A stretch of DNA of 27,234 bases, taken from a virus (Duplodnaviria > Caudoviricetes). Shown piece after piece: positions 15,801 through 26,400 of the stretch (positions within the stretch are counted from its first letter, which is position 1; every line of letters begins with the position of its first letter). The stretch is taken from the IMG/VR virus record IMGVR_UViG_3300020045_001669, positions 1 to 27,234 of that record; one strand, given 5' to 3'. The position numbers and the translations under genes are program-made. The notes beneath the pieces are model-generated. The model saw only the letters and a list, made by a program, of their open reading frames with translations. It was not told the origin of the DNA and ran no database searches.

Positions 15801-16694
15801 ACGGAAATTATGCTACCTTCAGACGAAGACCTAAACTTTGTTTGTGTGCTCTCTTCCCTAAATCTAATTCATTGGGAGAAGATCAAATCTAATCCTGAAT
15901 ACATATTCTGGGCTACGGTGTTCTTGGATTGTATTAACTCCGAGTTTATTGCAAAAGCTAAGAACAAACCAGGGCTAGAACTATCGGTTAAAGCAGCAGA
16001 AGACTACCGTGCTCTCGGTCTAGGTATGATGGGATGGCATAGTTTGCTTCAGTCTAAGCTGATCTCGTTTGGTTCCTACGAAGCTCACATGCTGAACATT
16101 GATATTGCTCGGTTGTTTAACGAACAATCGCTTAAGGCTTCACAATGGTTAGCTGATGAACTTGGTGAACCGTTGCACTGCAAAGGACTTGGAGTACGCA
16201 ATGCGACTAGACTAGCTGTAGCGCCCACAAAATCCAGTTCGGTAATCATGGGAGGTGTTTCAGAAGGTATTAATCCAGATGCTTCTATGGTTTATAACCA
16301 AGTAACTCCTGCTGGTGAAGTTAACCGTATTAATCCGTTCTTGCTAAAGATCATGATTGATCGGGAAGCTTACAATACTAAAGAAGTAGACCGTATTGCT
16401 AACAATGGTGGGTCTGTTCAGGATTGCTCATGGTTAACTGACGAAGAAAAACTTGCATTCCGAACTGCGTTTGAACTGAACATGCATGACCATATTCGGC
16501 TGTGCGCTGCTCGACAGAAGTTCATTGACCAAGGACAAAGTATTAACTTGTTCTTTGCTGGGGATGCTTCACCTGAATACATCAGTAGCGTTCATCATGC
16601 TGCTTTTAACAACGAGTATATTAAATCACTGTATTATATCTACAGCACTCGACTTGCTAGCGGACTAAACCCTGTCTGTGAAGCATGTTCATGA
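15801..16694 (+). CDS. nrdA: Ribonucleotide reductase class I alpha subunit, exon 2
   Basis: TEIMLP, FVCVLSSLNL, RALGLG, AVAPTKSSS, DQGQSINL, SLYY, and C-terminal CEACS redox pair. Spliced product is 571 aa. Confidence 0.92.
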   Translation, partial: TEIMLPSDEDLNFVCVLSSLNLIHWEKIKSNPEYIFWATVFLDCINSEFIAKAKNKPGLELSVKAAEDYRALGLGMMGWHSLLQSKLISFGSYEAHMLNIDIARLFNEQSLKASQWLADELGEPLHCKGLGVRNATRLAVAPTKSSSVIMGGVSEGINPDASMVYNQVTPAGEVNRINPFLLKIMIDREAYNTKEVDRIANNGGSVQDCSWLTDEEKLAFRTAFELNMHDHIRLCAARQKFIDQGQSINLFFAGDASPEYISSVHHAAFNNEYIKSLYYIYSTRLASGLNPVCEACS

Positions 16695-16710
16695 TCTAAT
16701 CACATAAAGC

Positions 16711-16756
16711 AAAACCCCGTAAACGGAACCTTAACTGGCTCTGCTTACGGGGTTTT
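16711..16756. terminator. Bidirectional terminator at the convergence of the two gene arms
   Basis: AAAACCCCGTAA...TTACGGGGTTTT inverted repeat with a T tract on both strands. Confidence 0.75.
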
Positions 16757-16777
16757 CTTCGTTTGTAAATCTGTATA

Positions 16778-17365
16778 TTACGGTGTCTTCATTACTAGCT
16801 TAATCATCTGAATCCTATGCTCTAGTCCAATAGTTCCACCGTTAATCCGCTTAGTTAATCCTGTCCAATCTTGGTTATCGCAGTAAGTATTAAGGTTGTT
16901 CTTGTTCCAGAACCATCCTGCGCTTAAACAAGCGTACTTAGCTTCGGCTACTAGCTCGGGCTTAGCTACTAGATCGACCCATAGGGCGTCGCCACAGGCT
17001 CTGTAGTTAGCTTTACCCGTTAGCTGTATCAGACCCCTGCCTCGGTACTTCCAGCCTTCTCCTGAAGCTTCTGAGCCGTTTCCTAGCCTATCTGCGTACA
17101 CACGGTTAGCTATACGCTCAGGATTACGATGGTACGGTGCAGCGGTTGCTGTAGTAAACCTACTAGGCCAAGTCTTGACTAAACCCTCCTTGCTATAGTT
17201 CAGGTTCTCAACCAAGGTCTTAAACCCTGACTCATGCAAGCATTGTCCAATGAATCCAGCTTGCTGGTAAGCTGTAGTAATACCAAACTTAGCGAAGGTT
17301 TCTAACAGCGGTTCTAGCCATTGCTCACCAATACCTAGTGCTAGTAGTTTCTGTTTAGTCAGCAT
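16778..17365 (-). CDS. Endolysin, glycoside hydrolase family 19
   Basis: FIGQCLHESG, ENLNYS, YRGRGLIQLTGKANY, SAGWFW, TKRINGG. Confidence 0.92.
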   Translation of the reverse strand: MLTKQKLLALGIGEQWLEPLLETFAKFGITTAYQQAGFIGQCLHESGFKTLVENLNYSKEGLVKTWPSRFTTATAAPYHRNPERIANRVYADRLGNGSEASGEGWKYRGRGLIQLTGKANYRACGDALWVDLVAKPELVAEAKYACLSAGWFWNKNNLNTYCDNQDWTGLTKRINGGTIGLEHRIQMIKLVMKTP

Positions 17366-17861
17366 CTAAAGGTTCTTTCTTGGTGCTAGCCATTAGCTGA
17401 GTCTTAGCTGCTGAACCCGCGCTGCTACCAAAGATATAATTGATAATCGTAGCGATTACAGTACCAAGCAGAAACCCTAGAATAAGGTCAGCAAACCTTA
17501 CGTTATCCGGTGGGATAGTGACGAAAGTAATACAAGCAATATACACGGTTGCAAACAACGACCAGAACGTAGCAAAGAAATAAACAAACCTTTTGCTGAA
17601 CGTATCAGATTGACCTAGTGCTACTACTTGCATAGCTCTAGCATCTGCGGTGTTCTTGTTAGCTTGGTCTATTTTATACTCTTCATGCTTCTGAGTCTTT
17701 TCTTTTAGTTTTAGTATCTCTTCTGCTGACATATCCGGTTTCAGTTCAATACCTAGTTTACTAGATACGTACTCTGCCCCGTTGTCAATAACAGCTTCAG
17801 CTAGTTTAGGTAGCTTGTTCTGTACGAGCATGCTAACAATGCCTGCTAGTAATGGTGCCAT
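17355..17861 (-). CDS. Holin-like membrane protein
   Basis: Start moved to ATG 17861 (MAPLLAG, GGAG upstream). DARAMQ motif, two C-terminal TM helices, YIFGSSAGS. Directly upstream of the endolysin. Confidence 0.65.
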   Translation of the reverse strand: MAPLLAGIVSMLVQNKLPKLAEAVIDNGAEYVSSKLGIELKPDMSAEEILKLKEKTQKHEEYKIDQANKNTADARAMQVVALGQSDTFSKRFVYFFATFWSLFATVYIACITFVTIPPDNVRFADLILGFLLGTVIATIINYIFGSSAGSAAKTQLMASTKKEPLDAD

Positions 17862-17880
17862 ATAGTTCTCCAATGTGTTT

Positions 17881-18010
17881 AGATAGAAGGTGTACAAGCC
17901 TTCGTAAGACCTTCAGGCTAGGGTATCCTAGGTAGACCCTCTACAGAGCCTTGTACGGGCCTGTAGGCCCTACTGCTTGCCTTGTAGGCACCTTAGAATC
18001 ATTCCTAGGC
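17881..18010. other. Intergenic tract with ~10-bp-phased TA steps (bendable DNA), copy B
   Basis: TA at 17884, 17893, 17905, 17924, 17933, 17942, 17954, 17964, 17985, 17994, 18006. Confidence 0.55.
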
Positions 18011-18046
18011 TTGTTCTCAGTTCAGTAACCGGTGTTTAACCGGGAT

Positions 18047-18415
18047 TCAATACCCGGTGTTCAGCGTCTGACCTTCTACCGGATTACGCAGCAGGTACTG
18101 CAAGTGAGCTACTTCTGAGGTAAGCAGTTGAATCTCGTTATGCAGTCGCTGGTTTTCAAGACTAAGGTTATTGAGCTGTCTGTTCAAAGCAAGAATCTCT
18201 ACTTGGAACTTAGACAACTGCTCAGACAAGTTCTGGTTATTAGCGGATAGTCTGATTAGTTCTTCATGCATCATTGAGACTACAGATTGCTCTGTGGACG
18301 TTTCTTTGAACGACTTAAGCACTCGTTGAACCGCTAATACCGCACCAACTACTGCCATTGCAACCAAGGATACTAACTGAACTAAATCATGCGTAGCTAG
18401 AGCGGTAATATCCAT
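18047..18415 (-). CDS. Membrane-anchored coiled-coil protein (lysis-cassette associated)
   Basis: One N-terminal TM helix and a long heptad repeat. Coupled to the fibre stop codon. Confidence 0.7.
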   Translation of the reverse strand: MDITALATHDLVQLVSLVAMAVVGAVLAVQRVLKSFKETSTEQSVVSMMHEELIRLSANNQNLSEQLSKFQVEILALNRQLNNLSLENQRLHNEIQLLTSEVAHLQYLLRNPVEGQTLNTGY

Positions 18416-19458
18416 TATGCTTGCTCTAGTTCTGCTACACGCTTACGTAGAGATTGAACTTCCTTTACTAGCAAGGGTACTAGTTTGGAGTAATCAACTG
18501 ACATCATCTGTTCAGGGTCATCAGGCTGATCCACAGCGTAGGGGGCAACGTCAACAAGCTCTTGAGCGATCACGCCGTACTTTTGATGTGAACCGTCTGC
18601 AATCCAGTCGTAGCTGCGGATGCGGATAGCGTCAATGTCAGCACCCGATGCTGGTGCATCCACGATAGTCGTTTTCAAGCGTTGATCTGATGTGGTGTTA
18701 TAAGTAGTAGTAGTGGCTGTAACGCTGACAGACCCAACGCTAGTCCCGCTCCGGTTGAATCGAACGACCGGGCTGTCTGTGTTGGTATTGAAGATTCCAG
18801 AAGCATCTGAGGCGCGACTAAAGTAGCCGATACCGGTCGATCCAGAAAAGGCGACACCCGCAACGGTGTTACCGACACCCGGCGATGTGTTAGTAGTACC
18901 GATACCTACGTTACCAGACGCATCAATCCGCATACGTTCAGTTGGAGTTACAGATGCTCCGGCTGTACCAATGCTTGAACTGTACCAAATATGCTCTCCG
19001 GCACTTGATTGCTGGTACTGTGTAAGATTTGAGTTTACGCTATATCGCCATGTAGTACCATCATAATAGCAATTTCTAGCGATAAGTAACTCATCTGAGG
19101 ACAGCACTGAACTAATGGAAACTGTAGCTGCATTCCCACCTGGCGTAGTTAGTTGAAGCGAACGTGCATTAGCTCCCCATGAGCTTGGTGTAATTCCGAA
19201 TCCGACGTTACCTGCGGAGTCTTTAATAATTCCGGTTACGCCAATAGTAACCACATCGCTAGTAGCATTACCTAGTGTAGAGTTACCATTAACTACTAGA
19301 TTACCGGTAATACCTTGATCGCCTGCTACTACGTTAGGAACCTGAGCGTTGAACTCAGATACAAACGTAGGTAATGCAGCCATGAAAGCATCGCCTCTAG
19401 CTGCGAAGTTCGCTGGGTCTGCGCGTGAAGGTGGGTCCGGTAGAATTGTTAAAGCCAT
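18415..19458 (-). CDS. Tail fibre/spike with C-terminal peptidase S74 intramolecular chaperone
   Basis: GNVGFG/GNVGIG repeats, ERMRID, TSDQRLK cleavage motif, GVIAQEL, VDYSKLVPLLVKEVQ. Confidence 0.88.
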   Translation of the reverse strand: MALTILPDPPSRADPANFAARGDAFMAALPTFVSEFNAQVPNVVAGDQGITGNLVVNGNSTLGNATSDVVTIGVTGIIKDSAGNVGFGITPSSWGANARSLQLTTPGGNAATVSISSVLSSDELLIARNCYYDGTTWRYSVNSNLTQYQQSSAGEHIWYSSSIGTAGASVTPTERMRIDASGNVGIGTTNTSPGVGNTVAGVAFSGSTGIGYFSRASDASGIFNTNTDSPVVRFNRSGTSVGSVSVTATTTTYNTTSDQRLKTTIVDAPASGADIDAIRIRSYDWIADGSHQKYGVIAQELVDVAPYAVDQPDDPEQMMSVDYSKLVPLLVKEVQSLRKRVAELEQA

Positions 19459-19483
19459 TATATTTCTCCAATCTTTAGGTTAA

Positions 19484-20374
19484 TTAGTTCTGAGTCAATG
19501 ACTCTACTTCTAGGGTACACAGCGATTTACTAGGGTAGGAAATATCAATGTTGAAATCCTTGTAGAATCCGAGCATTGATAACGCTACGTACATGCTGTC
19601 GTCAGAAGCAATCCATACTGCTGGTGTAGCTCGTAGCTCCGACAGCACTTTCTGAGTCTTGGTAATCTGCGTGTTATCAATCATCATTTGAGCTTGCATA
19701 CGCTTGCTAAACCCACGCTTAATAAAAGTAGTTACGCCAGTCTCGGATGTGTCTTTCTTGCTGTAGTCGATAATACCTAGGTTAGTACCGTACTGAGTAG
19801 CGCCTAGATCGTACACAGTACCGAAGATCATGCTACCAATCTGTACAGTAGTTCCAGTAATAGTTATTGTTACTCTAGCATTAAAGTAAGGTGGAATATC
19901 CGTTAATACTACTTCAGTAAGCTGTGCAGACGGCTCAAAGAAATACTGATACCAATCTGCAATAATAGCCCCATCTAGCATGATTGTCTTGGTATAGACA
20001 ACAGAACCTGTAGGTGAATCTTTTACTGAAATACTTAGCGTACTTCCCATGATATTAAAGAACGCTAGGCTAGAGATATAGCCCGGTGATAACACCACCG
20101 TAAGGCTAGTAGTTGCTGTAGTAGCTGTGCTTACTTCAGTGTCAAACATAGCACTACGGTTATCAGGAGATAACTTTACCCATTCCAAAGGGCTAATATC
20201 AGGTTGATGGTTAAGGTTGCTGTTAACTAAGGACTGGTAAATAAATCCACCGTAGTTTACTTTATCTCCGGTCGCGTAAGTAGTTCCCGAGCTATAAGCA
20301 GCATGTGTTTCAACAGCGGTTGTACTTACTAAGTGCAAAGCTGAGTTATATGTTGTAGGTTTAACTACTTTCAT
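19484..20374 (-). CDS. Tail tip (distal tail-like) protein with CBM5/12-like carbohydrate-binding insert
   Basis: AYSSGTTYATGDKVNYGGFIYQS...P...W motif. Follows the tape measure gene directly. Confidence 0.7.
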   Translation of the reverse strand: MKVVKPTTYNSALHLVSTTAVETHAAYSSGTTYATGDKVNYGGFIYQSLVNSNLNHQPDISPLEWVKLSPDNRSAMFDTEVSTATTATTSLTVVLSPGYISSLAFFNIMGSTLSISVKDSPTGSVVYTKTIMLDGAIIADWYQYFFEPSAQLTEVVLTDIPPYFNARVTITITGTTVQIGSMIFGTVYDLGATQYGTNLGIIDYSKKDTSETGVTTFIKRGFSKRMQAQMMIDNTQITKTQKVLSELRATPAVWIASDDSMYVALSMLGFYKDFNIDISYPSKSLCTLEVESLTQN

Positions 20375-20391
20375 ACTTTCCTTTATTGTAT

Positions 20392-20419
20392 AAAAGAAGG
20401 GGAAGTTTCCAACCCCTTC
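20392..20419 (-). terminator. Possible terminator after the tape measure gene
   Basis: GAAGGGG/CCCCTTC hairpin with a T tract on the minus strand. Confidence 0.55.
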
Positions 20420-20464
20420 AGATTTGCTAGAAAGAGTTTACATGCTCTTTCGGATTGCTAGTAA

Positions 20465-23400
20465 TTAAACCAGAACTGTAGTTTGAACAGAGTCACCACC
20501 AGGGGCGATTACTCTATCAATCGTCTTGGTTAGCTTGTTGTTAGCTACTGCGCTAGTTCTAGTCGCTGCTTCAATCATGTCTAAGCGGTTAATCATTGCG
20601 TCTAGTTTTAGTTCTAGAGCAGATGTGTCACCGGCGCCTGATCCAATACCTGCAAGCATTGAAGCTGTCTGAGTAGCGTTAAAGATACGTGAAGGCCCAG
20701 TAGCTTCTAACTCAGGACCACCACCATCGCCAACGATACGCAAACCACCGCTGTGCATACCACCAGTAGCAAACGCAGGTACACCACCTAGAGCAGTAAT
20801 CACACCGCGTAGACCCGTTAGGTTATCCGCACCAGTATCATAGATAGCTTTGGAGATAACTTGCTCTGCGCTGCTCATACTAAGTTCTAGAGCCCCTAGC
20901 GTTGAATCAATCTCTGCTAACAGTTCTAGTGATTTAGTCTGTGCGTCTACAGCAATCGTAACCCCTGCAGCATCCATGTAGTTAGCAAGCTGAGTAGCCA
21001 TTGAAGTAAGGCTGGCCTGCAGCACAGGATTATCCTTAGCAAAATCAAGCAAACCAGTATAGACAGAACCAATACTAGCGGCGCTTGATTTAAGCGTATC
21101 AGCTTGCTCTGCAGTTAGTGACGTAAACTCAGTACCTACGGATTGCATAACGGTCTGAGCAGCAGCAAACGAGCTATCAAACGTCTGTTTAAGCGACTCA
21201 AACGTATCAACCTTACCGTAGCTATCAATTACGTCCCTTAGGCTCTTAGCAGAGCTAATAAGCCCGTCTGCAAGCTGTTTCTGAGCTTCGTAGTACTTAA
21301 CTGTCTCTGCCCGCATCTGAGATAGAACCTTGATGCTTGCTTTGATAATCGGAGTGCTTGAAGCCGTGGCTGTAACCATGGCTAGAACAGCGTTTCTTTC
21401 TGTTTCTCTAGCGTTTGATAGTTCAGCTTCCGCTTTAGCTACTGCAGCAGTAGCTCTAGTAATCTGAGCATCTTTAGCTGTTTGGCTAGTGAATCTTTCA
21501 CCACCCGTGGTTTTCTCACCTGCTGGGATTACCGGGACTGTCTTGTAGTAGTCCAGCAGACCCTTTGCTGCTGTTAAGTTGCCTTGTAGAGCAGGTAGAA
21601 CTTTCTGTGCTTCCCCTACTGCAACAGCAGCCGGAGTAATTAAGTCAGGTCTGTTCTGTGCTGCTACAACAGCTTTAATATCAGCATAACTAGATACTTG
21701 ATCCTTGCCACCGGTAATAATACTTCTAGCAGCTTCACGAGTAGCTAACCGCTCTTGGTTGATTGAAGTAATCATTTCACCAAAGCTAGAAGCAATCTGT
21801 TCAAACACTCCGGTAACAGTTTGCTTAAAATCAGCAAAACTAAGCGTAGAAAGCGTATCCTTAACAGCTTGAATATTTCTAGCCGGAATACTAGCAATAG
21901 CAGCATCTAGTTCTGCAATAGCAAGCAGCGTAGGAGTACCTGACATTGCAGCTACGATAAAGTCCTGTAGCTTTACTGAACTAGCTTGCACAGAGTTACT
22001 AGCCATAGCGTTAGTAATTAGCGCAGTTAGTTGCTCAGAAGAGCTGACTAGCTTGCTGTTATACACAGCAGCGTTAATACCTTGTTGGAGTTTAGCTAGG
22101 TTATCTTTAGTGGATTGACCATTGAAGATACTCTGCATGTTACTGCTTAGGTTTTTTACTGCTGCTTTAGTAGGAGTACCGTATACACTAGAAACAATAC
22201 TATTGCGCAGAGCAGTAAGCCCTTGGCTTGTTTCTTGGTTGTTGAACACCGACAGAACTTCAGTAGCTAGTTTAGCTGATAGCTGCTTAGAAGCATCTAC
22301 TAGCTCGTAAAAACTATCAGACATTTTGATTAGTTCAGCAAACACTGCTCTGCCTGAGCTAGTAGTCTTATCCTGACTCGATACAATCTGCTTGAAAGCG
22401 TCTGCAGTAGCGGGCATTGCAATACCTAGTTGCTTGAACTGCTGCTCTAGCGTAGATACTGAATCAGCTACTTGCTCTTCTGTAGTAAAGAACTTCTTGT
22501 AGTAGTTGTTCAAAGCTGTAGTAGCTTTATCTACACCACCAAACAAAGCAATAATCTCTTCACCAGCAGCTAGGCCAGATAAGCTAATATCCAGCAGAGT
22601 AATATCCAACAGCTTGAACACATCGTTGATACCTGCAAGCGTGCTTGACATACGCTGCAGAGTCTGCGTACTGGTTTCGTTAGCACGCCTGAACTCTTTC
22701 ACGTTGAACACAGCATCAACCATAGAGTCTGACAGCTTGCTAAACTCAGCTTGAACAGCTTTGTTAGCGTCTGCTTCTGATAGACCCATTATGTTGATTT
22801 TTACATCCTTGGTAAAACCTGCTAAAGCGTCAGTACCAATACCTAATGTCTTAGCTAGCTCAGTAACAGAAATCTTAGTAGATTTATAAGCAGCAGCTAG
22901 TTCGTTCTGAACACCAGTATCTAACGTAGATAAGCTAGTCTTGTTAGAGCGAAGGAATCCGCCCTTCTCGTACTTGTATTCACTACCAGTAAAGCCTTGT
23001 TCACCACCGAAAGTGCCCATGACACCCTGCTCTGTGGTTTTACGCCCCCAAATACGGTTGAACGCACCACCTGCAAGTCCCCCAAGGGCAGCACCTAACG
23101 GGCCAAGAATCGCACCACCAATAGCCGTACCAATAGCGACAGCAGTATCACCCCCGTTATCACCAAAGCCATAACCACCTGAAACTGCTTTACCACCGAA
23201 GTAACCGGCGCCAATACCCGCTGCCCATGGTGCTAAAGCACCAGCACCTTGTGCTACACCCGCACCGTACTGTCCGGATTGGATCATCGTACCAGCGCCC
23301 TCTAGAGCCAACCCAGTACCGCCTGCGCCGCTCATTGTAAGAGCACCACCCGCTTTGAACGCGCTTGTCATGGAAGCTACGCTACTTGAAGAGCCTAAGA

Positions 23401-26400
23401 GACCCGCCTTATCTGCCATACCAAATAGCTGTTTAGCCACATCTGTACCAGATGATTTACCCTCTTTACCCCCGGTAATTTCGTTGATTATGGCATTAAT
23501 ATAAAGCGTAATAGGCTTCTTTAGTTCAGCAATCAACAGATCACGTAGTTTCTTTTTACCAGCGTTACCACCATCAAACAGAGCGGTAGCAATGCTGTCT
23601 GAAATACCCGATTTGATCTTATCAAAATACTCAACGGTTTCCTTCATTGATTTGAAAGACTGTTCCTTGTTGATTACATCAATACCGAACTGACGGTTAG
23701 TTTCTGCAGAAGCAAACAGCTTTTCTCGCTCTTCAAAATTACTAAGTTCCCCAGCTTGGTACTTGGCTGTAATTGCAGCTAGTTCTTTCTGGTATTGAGC
23801 TTCTACTTTTAGCAGCTTGATTCGACGTTCTCTAGCAATATCAGAGCTACCCAGGTATTCAAGCTCTAAATCGAGCGCAGAGCTTTGTTCTTGCAGTCCT
23901 AGTAGGTAGTCATTGGAAGACTTAGAAAGCTCCTCGTAGGACTTCCTAGTAGCTTCTAGAGCCTTTGCAGCAGCCTTAGCCGCCGGTGTAGTAGCTTCCA
24001 ACGCAGCATAGGCTTGCTCTAGTTCTGCAGGATCAATACCCGTAACACCTTCTAGTGAACGTAGCTTGTCTAGAGTTTCGTAGTATGCTTTACCTAGTCC
24101 TTCACCTTTACCGATTAAGCTATTAAGTAAGTCCTGACCTTTTTCTAGTTTAGTAGTTTGCTCGATTTGTTTCTCAACAGCAATCGTTGCTTCCCACTGA
24201 ACTTTCAAACGGTCTTTTTCAGCAACAGAACGTTGAGCAAACACCGGACTAGCTTGGATTTGTTCCCATTCAATCTGAGCAGTGTTAAGTTCTTTCTGCC
24301 TACCAGTAATTGAAATATAAGCATCGTTAGCTCTTTTGAGCATAGCAATAAACGGGTCAACTTTCGCTGTACCTTTAGGCTGCATACCTTTCCAGACTTC
24401 AGCAGCAGAAACAGCTAGATTGTCTAGTTCTTCTTTACGTCGAGCTAGTTCTGCAGTAGCAGCTTTTTCATCCCTAGGTAGATCAACTAAAGTCTTGGTA
24501 TATTTAGCCTGAGCTGCAGCAATGAACTGCTGTTGGGTTAGTTCTTTCTCACGATAACCTGCAGCTTGTTTTTGGTACTCTGCTAGAACTTTACCGCTAT
24601 CTACTTGCTGTTTGGCTAACGCCGCCTGATCCGCAGCAGCAGGTGCCTTAGCAGCTTGACCTAGCAGGCGTAGTAAACGTTCTACTTCTTCTGACTGACG
24701 CTTAACTGCTTCAGTAGCTTCGGTATAGCGCATTACATCGGTCTTAGGTAGCTTTGCTAGTTTAGCTTGTTGTTCTGCTAGACCGTCTTGGGCTTTTCTA
24801 AGGTTCTCAATAGTAGCTTCAGCAGGACGACCAACACGCTTAATTGAGTTACCAATATCCCCCCAAGTCTCTTTTAGCATAAATCCGATCTTGTCTAGAA
24901 TACCGGCTTCATCCTTTAGCCTTTGTACAGCTTCAGTGTTAGCATCTGCCATAATTCGCATAGCCTTAGCTGATGCAGAATAAGCACCCTCTAGCTTTAG
25001 GGTAGTCTCAATGTTCTTGATTTGCTCTAGAGTAACTAAACCAGTTTCTTTACCTAGTTTAATCAGTGCCTCAACAGGGTCTTTCTTTAGTTCAGCAAAC
25101 CGTTTAACAGTATCTGAAATTGCAACACCACCGTACTTGTCAAGGTCGATAGCCGATTTGGTAACAATCTCAATATCTGACTTAACAAACCCGCTAGCTG
25201 CCGCCATTTCCTTAATTACTTCAAGCACTGAAGTATGACTAGTGCCAATTTTCTCTAGGGACTTAGCATACAGCGATACTTGCTCTGAGGTAACACCTAG
25301 GCTAGCGCCTTGTAGGATCAAAGCACGGTTCATTTCCGTAGCTTCTTTAGATACACTGAAGAACACATATCCTAGTGTAGCTGCAGCGGTAGCCGTAACA
25401 GTCAGTAGCGTAGGTAATTGAGACATTAGGCTGTTCATTACCATTAGGTTAGCCGGTGCTTTAGGGCCTACAAAGTCAAACATTTCCTGAGACTGAGCAC
25501 GACGGCTAATAGCTCGGATTTCTGTAAACGGCCCGCGAATTACATCGGCAAGCGCAACGCCTGCTGCTTTTACAGCGCCTACAAAGAACATACCTACAGC
25601 CTGACCAGTAGCAATAAAGCCAGTAGCAATCTGTTTAGCTGCACCTTCCATAGCACGACGCATAGTAGCTGCATCTACGGTGACACCTTCCATAGCAGCA
25701 CGTAGCTGGTCGCCCTGTTGGATCATGACAGTAAACGGGTTCTGACCTGAAGCTAGCGATACACCAACGTCACCCATCTGAACTGAGACAGCACGGGATA
25801 AGTTACGCAGCTTACCTTCTTGGTCTGCCATAGCAATTGATCTAGTTTTCTCTTGTTCTCTACGGATACCTTCAGCGTAAGCTGCGTACTTCTTTGCAGC
25901 TACATCTGTGGCTATACCAGCTTTCTTTAGTTCGTCTTGATAACGCAGTAGTCGATTACCTGCACCAATACCTAGTTCTTTGTTTACTTCTTCTAGAGCA
26001 AAAGCTAATCTACGTTCTTCTTTTTCTAGATAAGCCGCAGCTTTCTCTGAAGCTGACATACCAGCGTTAGAAGTACCACTTGCTTTAGCAGTATCTAACT
26101 TAGCTTGAGCATGTTCACGTTCTGCTTTAATCAACGCTTGAATAGCCTTTTCTTCTACGCCAGAGGCACGTAAGTCGTAAGTCTTAGCTGCTTCCCCCGC
26201 GCTTGTACCTGACCTTATTTGCTTAGTGATAGCCTCTAGTCTTTGTGCGCTAGCTAGCACGTCTTGGTTAGCTCTTTCTACCCGGTTAGCAGCCTGCTCT
26301 TGCTCTTTGTAGAACGCAGACATTGACTGCATTTCAGAGCTTGCTTTACCGACTCCATTAGCCCACTCCCGCATTAGTCTGCCGTTTTCTGTGTAGCGGT

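Noticed and set aside
14733-16694. nrdA as a pseudogene, intein-split gene or two-chain enzyme
   Set aside because: The gap has a group I intron core and its precise removal restores the active-site motif. No intein motifs are present.
16778-18415. Spanin pair in the lysis cassette
   Set aside because: The 122-aa TM/coiled-coil protein could be i-spanin-like, but I found no lipobox-bearing o-spanin ORF, so the call is unsupported.
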